A stretch of 64,000 nt of DNA from Ruditapes philippinarum (lineage: Eukaryota): positions 1-64,000 of the forward strand of contig NW_026862559.1 of the NCBI RefSeq assembly GCF_026571515.1, given 5' to 3'. Both the position numbers and the translations under genes were made by a program. Of the stretch, positions 56,001 to 64,000 are shown piece by piece. The notes below the pieces were generated by a model. The model worked only from the letters and a program-made list of their open reading frames with translations. It ran no database searches and was not told the DNA's origin. Each line of letters opens with the position of its first letter. Position 1 is the first letter of the stretch.

Positions 56001-59000
56001 TAACCAGACCAGGAACTTTCCTACACAGAATGCCATATCCTTGTTGGCTGTGGGATGCGTGAGTTGTCTCCCTTGATACTCTGTTAACTATAAGAGTTCA
56101 ATATTTTGAAAATTAGACTGAAGCTACATTTATCAATTTGAAGGTTTCATTTTGTCTTAGACTTTCTAAAATGTTTTGGACTTTTCATGTACAACTCATT
56201 TTATAATAATAAAAACATTAATGTAGTAATTTATAAGTGATTTAGTAACAATTTGTAAAAAAAGTTATTGTTGCTATTATTAAGTTATGAAGACATTTAT
56301 TACTTCATCTCCATTGGTAAAGCTTTTTTGTGAAGGGTTTGTTATCTCCTAATATTAATTATGTAATTAAGGCACTTGTTACCTCCCCTTATAAAATTTG
56401 TTAACTTATTATGACAATAAATTTTTGTTTTCAGATTTATCTGGCTTATACAACATGTTATACCGCTATGTTGAATTTCAGATTTATCTGGCTAATACAA
56501 CATATTATACCACTATGTTTGATTTCAGATTTATCAGGCTAATACAACATATTATACCACTATGTTTGATTTCAGATTCATCTGGCTAATACAACATATT
56601 ATACCACTATGTTTGATTTCAGATTTATCTGGCTAATACAACATATTATACCACTATGTTTGATTTCAGATTCATCTGGCTAATACAACATATTATACCA
56701 CTATGTTTGATTTCAGATTTATCTGGCTAATACAACATATTATACCACTATGTTTGATTTCAGATTTATCTGGCTAATACAAGATATTATACCACTATGT
56801 TTGATTTCAGATTTATCTGGCTAATACAAGATATTATACCACTATGTTTGATTTCAGATTTATCTGGCTAATACAACATATTACACCACTATGTTTGATT
56901 TCAGATTCATCTGGCTAATACAACATATTATACCACTATGTTTGATTTCAGATTTATCTGGCTAATACAACATATTATACCACTATGTTTGATTTCAGAT
57001 TCATCTGGCTAATACAACATATTATACCACTATGTTTGATTTCAGATTTATCTGGCTAATACAACATATTATACCACTATGTTTGATTTCAGATTTATCT
57101 GGCTCATACAACATATTATACCACTATGTTTGATTTCTGATTCATCTGGCTAATACAACATATTATACCACCATGTTTGATTTCAGATTCATCTGGCTAA
57201 AACAACATATTATACCACTATGTTTGATTTCAGATTTATCTGGCTAATAGAAACATATTATACCACTATGTTTGATTTCAGATTTATCTGGCTAATACAA
57301 CATATTTTACCACTATGTTTGATTTCAGATTCATCTGGCTAATACAACATGTTATACCACTATGTTTGATTTCAGATTCATCTGGCTAATACAACATATT
57401 ATAATACCATGTTTGATTTCAGATTAATCTGGCTAATACAACATATTATACCACTATGATTGATTTCAGATGAATCTGGCTAATACAACATATTATACCA
57501 CTATGTTTGATTTCAGATTTATCTGGCTAATACAACATATTATACCACTATGTTTGATTTCAGATTTATCTGGCTAATACAACATATTATACCACTATGT
57601 TTGATTTCAGATTCATCTGGCTAATACAACATATTATACCACTATGTTTGATTTCAGATTCATCTGGCTAATACAACATATTATACCACTATGTTTGATT
57701 TCAGATTCATCTGGCTAATACAACATATTATACCACTATGTTTGATTTCAGATTTATCTGGCTAATACAACATATTATACCACTATGTTTGATTTCAGAT
57801 TCATCTGGCTAATACAACATATTATACCACTATGTTTGATTTCAGATTCATCTGGCTAATACAACATATTATACCACTATGTTTGATTTCAGATTTCATC
57901 TGGCTAATACAACATATTATACCACTATGTTTGATTTCAGATTCATCTGGCTAATACAACATATTATACCACTATGTTTGATTTCAGATTATCTGGCTAA
58001 TACAACATATTATACCACTATGTTTGATTTCAGATTCATCTGGCTAATACAACATATTATACCACTATGTTGATTTCAGATTCATCTGGCTAATACAACA
58101 TATTATACCACTATGTTTGATTTCAGATTTCATCTGGCTATTTCAGACAACATATTATACCACTATGTTTGATTTCAGATTCATCTGGCTAATACAACAT
58201 ATTATACCACTATGTTTGATTTCAGATTTATCTGGCTAATACAACATATTATACCACTATGTTTTGATTTCAGATTCATCTGGCTAATACAACATATTAT
58301 ACCACTATGTTTGATTTCAGATTTATCTGGCTAATACAACATATTATACCACTATGTTTGATTTCAGATTTATCTGGCTAATACAACATATTATACACCA
58401 TGTTTGATTTCAGATTTCATCTGGCTAATACAACATATTATACCACTATGTTTGATTTCAGATTCATCTGGCTAATACAACATATTATACCACTATGTTT
58501 GATTTCAGATATTATCTGGCTAATTCAACATATTATACCACTATGTTTGATTTCAGATTTCATTCTGGCTAATACAACATATTATACCATTATGTTTGAT
58601 TTCAGATTTATCTGTCTAATACTACATTTTATACCACTATGTTTGATTTCAGATTAATCTGTCTAATACAACATTTTATACCACTATGTTTGTTTTCAGA
58701 TTCATCTGGCTAATACAACATGTTATACCAATATGTTTAATTTCAGATATATCTGGCTAATACAACATATTTTACCACATGTTTGATTTCAGATTTATCT
58801 GGCTATACAACATATTATACCACTATGTTTGATTTCAGATTTATCTGGCTAATACAACATATTATACCACTATGTTTGATTTCAGATTCATCTGGCTAAT
58901 ACAACATATTATACCACTATGTTTGATTTCAGATTTATCTGGCTAATACAACATATTATACCACTATGTTTGATTTCAGATTCATCTGGCTAATACAACA

Positions 59001-61293
59001 TATTATACCACTATGTTTGATTTCAGACTTATCTGGCTAATACAACATATTATACCACTATGTTTAATTTCAGATTTATCTCGCTTATACAACATATTAT
59101 ACCACTATGTTTGATTTTAGATTCATCTGGCTCATACAACATATTATACCACTATGTTTAGTTTCAGATTTATCTGGCTAATACAACATATTATACCACT
59201 ATGTTTGATTTCAGATTTATCTGGCTAATACAACATATTATACCACTATGTTTGATTTCAGATTCATCTTGCTAATTCAACATGTTATACCACTATGTTT
59301 GATTTCAGATTTATCTGGCTTATACAACATATTATACCACTATGTTTGATTTCAGATTTATCTGGCTAATACAACATGCTATACCACCATGTTTGATTTT
59401 AGATTTATCTGGCTAATAAAACATATTATACCACTATGTTTGATTTAAGATTCATTTGGCTAATACAGCATATTATATACCACTATGTTTGATTTCAGAT
59501 TTATCTGGCTTATACAACATATAATACCACTATGTTTGATGTTGTCATGGGTTTATTCAGTAGCTATGCTCGTACAGAAAATTGTCTATGAAAAGGAGAA
59601 GAGATTAAAAGAGGTTTGAAATACTTGTAAATTTTTGTTATCTTATTTTACCTCTTTAATATTTTGCCTTTTTTGTTTTGTTTTCAAATGACTTGTTGGC
59701 ACTCCTGATATTGCATGTTAATATCCCTTAAAATGGTTATTAAGTATTTTTTGCTTTTCTTTGGTTTCCATAAAATATTTTACAAGCATTTATGAACGTA
59801 TAATGATTATAGTATTCTTGTTTATTAAAAATGTTATACTGAAGCAGCATATTCTAAAAACTGAACTTGCTTTTTATGTGTGATATATGTGGTCAACAAT
59901 GAGCGATATAGGATGAATGATATATGATAAACGATATAGGTTATATTTCACTCATTAGTTATGTATCCCACTATTATAATATAAGATTTATTCATACAGG
60001 TAATGAAGATGATGGGCTTATCAGACAGTGTACACTGGTGGGCGTGGTTTATAACTGCCGCGGTACAGATGACTGTTACCGTGGTAACGCTGACGTTAAT
60101 GTTATATTATGGACGTGTACTATCTCATAGTAATCCAGTCATAGTGTTTATGTTCCTGGAAATGTTTGCCCTGTCTTCTATTGCCTTTTCGTAAGTATAT
60201 CAGTTAAAGGAACTAAGACTGAGGTCGAAAAGCCATGAAATTTAAAAATCATACATAGAATAAACAGAAACATATGAAAAAACATAAAAAAATGTACTTG
60301 TAATTCAATTGAAGATCATTATATGGTGTCATTGAAGCCCAAATTGAGTTAAAAACATCTAATTTGTTCTTGTTTTTCTATTGTATTTCAGGTTTTTGAT
60401 TAGCAGTATGTTCTCGCGAGCTAAACTTGCTGCAGCATGTGCGGGTATATTTTACTTTATAACATACGTACCATACATGTATATAGCCATCAGAGAGGAT
60501 TTAACGGGGACCAGGATACCAGCATACATTAAAACTATTGCTGTAAGTAACTGACATCTATACATGTTGGCCCTTACCCTGCCATAACCAAGTAGCACGC
60601 CTTTGACATTATTATAGGGTCAGGCCAGCCTTTATATTCTTGCTAGAAACTTGTAGAATTAAGTTGATTAAAAGAGTAAAAACTGTTGGAGGCAATAATT
60701 AGTCCTTGTTTCCTTAAGCAAGAAATTTTACACACATTTACACTCAGTACTGATTGGTTTCAGGAACAGATTTGCAAGTATGTCTATTATACGCTTATAG
60801 ATTCATACACAATCAAAGTTAAGTAAATTCTGAGTAAAGCAAAATAGTAAGTCACTATAATGTTTCTAATTCACAGAAGGCAATAAAACCAAAATATGGT
60901 TCAGTTGTGAAATGGCCGATAAACTGTCTATAAACTACAACAGAACACCAAAACTAAAATGCTTTGTGAAATAAAAATAATAACATTTCTGAGGGATATT
61001 TTGTCTTAAAAATAGGAAAATTGAAATTAATGAAACAGAATACATTGTATTTTTTATATAATCTCAGTAATAAAAACTTATTTTTCAGGCAATATTTCCA
61101 ACATCAGCTCTGGGTCTAGGTGGGAAGTATTTCCTGTTTTATGAGTTAGAGGGTTCAGGTGTACAGTGGGAGAACCTACATGTGTCACCACGGGAATATG
61201 ATAATTTTAGTCTACAGATTGTGTTGATAATGATAGCAGTAGACACTGTTTTTTACTTTATACTGGCCTGGTATATAGAGAATGTAAATCCAG
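44021..61293 (+). CDS. ABCA2: ABC transporter subfamily A, ABCA2-like; 5' part (TM1, ECD1, TMD1); gene continues past the window
   Basis: Phase-compatible exons: 44021-44050 (tentative start), 44376-44456 ([13 protein letters not shown]), 45569-45662, 46556-46655 ([15 protein letters not shown]), 47849-48003, 48517-48638, 51734-51884, 52541-52650 (NPKILFAP), 52854-52952, 53543-53744 (DNIACAW...QDNVTV), 55123-55301 ([15 protein letters not shown]), 55955-56058 (MPYPC), 59499-59613 ([11 protein letters not shown]), 60000-60190, 60392-60542 (SRAKLAAAC), 61089-61293 ([13 protein letters not shown]). The NPKIL.AP, DN.AC.W and QDNVTV motifs recall ABCA2. Orthology is untested. Confidence 0.88.
48130..48460. 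mobile_element. Degenerate copy of the Kolobok-like MITE
   Basis: Shares aaggactcca..gag, aatttcagatcat, aaaatgacc.aaatt.aaaa, ctaagaatagcac and the gttcct.taag end with 55551-55891. Confidence 0.6.
49085..51395. repeat. ~49-bp minisatellite (~30 copies) split by an insertion at ~50179-50911
   Basis: Unit gaggaggggaggtaatagatatgcccttgttcatctgtctttcccctag. Confidence 0.92.
50179..50911. mobile_element. Probable truncated DNA-transposon fragment inserted at TA within the minisatellite
   Basis: Non-repeat sequence starting TA|CGTGGGTTGTCC interrupts the array. No matching right TIR was found. Confidence 0.4.
53758..55010 (+). mobile_element. HINE/DINE-like element(s), degenerate
   Basis: ttttgtgtcgccttaaaaagggcgacatatagg terminal hairpin followed by ~140-bp degenerate repeats (acaagaact..taactct..ttgccctttgttaattttcatac). 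Confidence 0.6.
55551..55891. mobile_element. Kolobok-like MITE
   Basis: TTAA on both sides, with imperfect TIRs AGGGACTCCACT / AGTTGAGTTCCT. Confidence 0.65.
56435..59540 (+). repeat. 47-bp tandem array (~65 copies) made of the first 41 nt of an ABCA exon plus the splice acceptor; the last copy is the functional exon start
   Basis: Unit ATTTATCTGGCTAATACAACATATTATACCACTATGTTTGATTTCAG translates [13 protein letters not shown], identical to the start of exon 59499-59613. Confidence 0.95.
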
Positions 61294-61629
61294 GTAAAAT
61301 TAGAACTTAGTCTTTTATTCTTTTTAGAACTGGTATATGTAATTAACCGTTCTTCTTGCAAATTATCCTGGATTTTCTAGTTTTTGCATGGAAAATGCCA
61401 TCAACTTACGTTCATCCTATATATCAAATGAGTCACATTCTTTAGATATAATTTCCATTATGCCAGGAATAATGGCATACCAAAGCATTATTTCAGAAAC
61501 ATTATAATAACTGTCTACCATAGCCATGGTATTGTTTCATTATTTAATGAACTTCCAGTATACAAAAGCCAATACAAGACCCATATTATTTTCTTTGTAC
61601 ATGTACATCAAACCATATAGTGATTTCCA

Positions 61630-61940
61630 TTATATCAGGAACTAATATGGTATATTTGGGCCATGGCATTTTTCATTATTTCAGAATGTTATGGTATATT
61701 TAGGTCATGGCAGTTTTTTTTATTATTTCAGAATCTTATAGTATATTTATGCTATGGCATTTTTTATTATTTCAGAATCTTATGGTACATTTAGGCCATG
61801 GCTTTTTTTATTATTTTAAAATCTTACGGTATATTTAGGCCATGACTTTTTTCGTTATTTCAGAATCTTATGGTATATTTAGGCCATGGCATTTTTCATT
61901 ATTTCAAAATCTTATGGTATATTTAGGCCATTGCACTTTT
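61630..61940 (+). repeat. ~44-bp tandem array (~7 copies) derived from the acceptor/start of the next ABCA exon
   Basis: Unit AATCTTATGGTATATTTAGGCCATGGCATTTTTCATTATTTCAG reads SYGIFRPWHF in the phase left by the preceding exon, matching the ABCA motif PG.YG.PRPWYF. Confidence 0.8.
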
Positions 61941-64000
61941 TATTAGCTCACCAGAGCCGAAGGCTCAGGGTGAGCTGTTATTATCAAAGAGGGATGCTCC
62001 GGCGTCCATCGTCCGTCGTCATGCGTCAACAATCATCTTCTTCTCTGAAACTACTAAGCCAATTTACTTCAAATTTGGTCTGTAGCATCCTTGTGACAGT
62101 CACACTTGTATTTGCTCATATTATTCCAGTTGGCCGCTGTTAGGGGTCAGCAGAGCTAAAAATAGAAAAACCTTTAAACATCTTCTTCTACAGAACTAAT
62201 GGATGGATGATCACCAAACTTTGTCTGTAGCATTCTTGGGAAGTCTTTTATCAAGTTTGCTCATATTAATTTGATTGGCCCCTTTAAGGGGTCTCTTGGG
62301 CTAAAAATAGAAAAACCTTTAGACATCTTCTTCTACAGAACCAATGGATGGATGATCACCAAACTTTGTCTGTAGCATTCTTGGGTAGTCTTTTATCAAG
62401 TTTGCTCATATGAATTTGATTGGCACCTTTTAGGGGCCGCTAAAGCTAAAAATATAAAAACCTTTAAATGTCCATTTCTACAGAACTAATTGATGGATGA
62501 TCACCAAACTTTGTCTGTAGCATTCTTGGGTAGTGTTTAATCAAGTTTGCTCATATTAATTTGATTGGCCCCTTTTAGGGGCCGCTAAAGCTAAAAATAG
62601 AAATACCTTTATATGTATATTTTTAGAGAACTGATTGATGGATGATCACCAAACTTTGTCTGAAGCATTGTTGGGTAGTCTGTTATCAAGTTTGCTCATA
62701 TTATTTGATTGGCCCCTTTTAGGGGCCGCTTAAATTAAAAATAGATATACATTTAAACGTCTATTGCTACAGAATTAATTGATGGATGGTTACCAAACTT
62801 TGTCTGTAGCATTCTTTGGAAGTCTTTTATCAAGTTTGCTCATATTAATTTGATTGGCCTCTTTTAGGGGTCTCTAGGGCTAAAAATAGAAAAACATTTA
62901 AACATCTTCTCCTACAGAACCAATGGATAGATGATCACCAAACTTTGTCTGTAGCATTCTTGGGTAGTCTTTTATCAAGTTTGCTGATATTAATTTGATT
63001 GGCCTCTTTTAGGGGCGGCTAAAGCTAAAAATAGAAAAACCTTTAAATGTCTATTTCTACAGAACTAATTAATTGATGATCACCAAACTTTGTCTGTAGC
63101 ATTCTTGGGTAGTGTCTTATAAAGTTTGCTTATATTAATATGATTGGCCCCTTTTAGGGGCCGCTAAAGCTAAAAATAGAAATACCTTAAAATGTCTATT
63201 TCTAGAGAACTTATTGGTGGATGATCACTAAACTTTGTCTGTAGCATTCTTAGGTAGTCTTTTATCCAGTTTGCTAATATAATTTTGATTGGCCCCTTTT
63301 AGGGGTCTGTAGGGCTAAAAATAGAAAAACCTTTAAACATCTTCTCCTACAGAACTAATTGATGGATGATCACCAAACTTTGTCTGTAGCATTCTCGGGA
63401 TGTGTTTTATCAAATTTGCTCATATTAAATTCAAGTTTGCTCATATTAAATTGATTGGCCCGTTTTAGGGGCCGCAAAAGCTAAAAAATAGAAATACCTT
63501 TAAATGTCTATTTCTACACAACTAATTGATGGAAGATCACCAAATTTTTTTGTAGCATTCTTGGGTAGTCTTTTATCAAGTTTGCTCATATTAATATGAT
63601 AAGCCCCTTTAACGGGCCTTTATAACTAAAAATAGAAATACCTTTAAATGTCTATTTCTACAGAACTAATGGATGAATGATCACCAAACTTTGTCTGAAG
63701 CATTGTTGGGTAGTCTTTTATCAAGTTTGCTCATATTATTTGATTGGCCCCTTTTAGGGGCCGCTTAAATTAAAAATAGATATACATTTAAACGTCTATT
63801 GCTACAGAACTAATTGATGGATGGTTACCAAACTTTGTCTGTAGCATTCTTTGGTAGTCTTTTATTAATTTTGCTCATATTAATTTGATATGCCCCTTTT
63901 AGGGGCTGCTAAAATTAAAAATAGAAATACGTTTAAACATCTTCTCCTACAGAACTAATTAATGGATGATCACCAAACTTTGTCTGTAGCATTCTTGGGT
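61941..64000 (+). mobile_element. HINE/DINE-like element with an expanded ~145-bp internal satellite (~13 copies, runs off the window)
   Basis: ttagctcaccagagccgaaggctcagggtgagct hairpin, cgtccatcgtccgtcgtc microsatellite, then a tandem unit containing gatcaccaaactttgtctgtagcattcttggg. Confidence 0.85.

Noticed and set aside
56435-59540. CRISPR-like array or repeat-protein ORFs (56398, 57879, 58400 in the ORF track)
   Set aside because: There are no unique spacers, the context is a eukaryotic intron, and the ORFs are read-through of a 47-bp unit that shifts frame every copy.

Overview
AT-rich eukaryotic genomic DNA, most likely from a bivalve mollusc (inferred from the Meta/CORE-type SINEs, HINE/DINE-like elements and a C1q-domain gene). 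Positions 1-26 kb are repeat-dominated: the 5' LTR, tRNA-Pro PBS and gag start of a Gypsy element, then an old segmental duplication (copy A ~1192-10002, copy B ~14023-26056) whose copies carry different insertions (Transib-like MITE, HINEs, RNase H LINE with a nested SINE, CR1-group LINE, and a Tc1>pogo>HINE nest). Two divergent intron-containing genes follow. On the minus strand is a complete 10-exon gene (27093-37520) for a 463-aa secreted protein: signal peptide, Ly6/uPAR-like, ShKT-like, TSP1 x3, gC1q. On the plus strand is the 5' part of an ABCA2-like transporter gene (~44021 to beyond 61293). The most unusual feature is that three introns in these two unrelated genes contain tandem arrays built from the gene's own 3' splice acceptor plus the start of the next exon. 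The clearest case is ~65 copies of a 47-bp unit (TTTCAG plus 41 nt of exon), where only the last copy continues as the real exon. All exon models were read by eye and have no transcript support.
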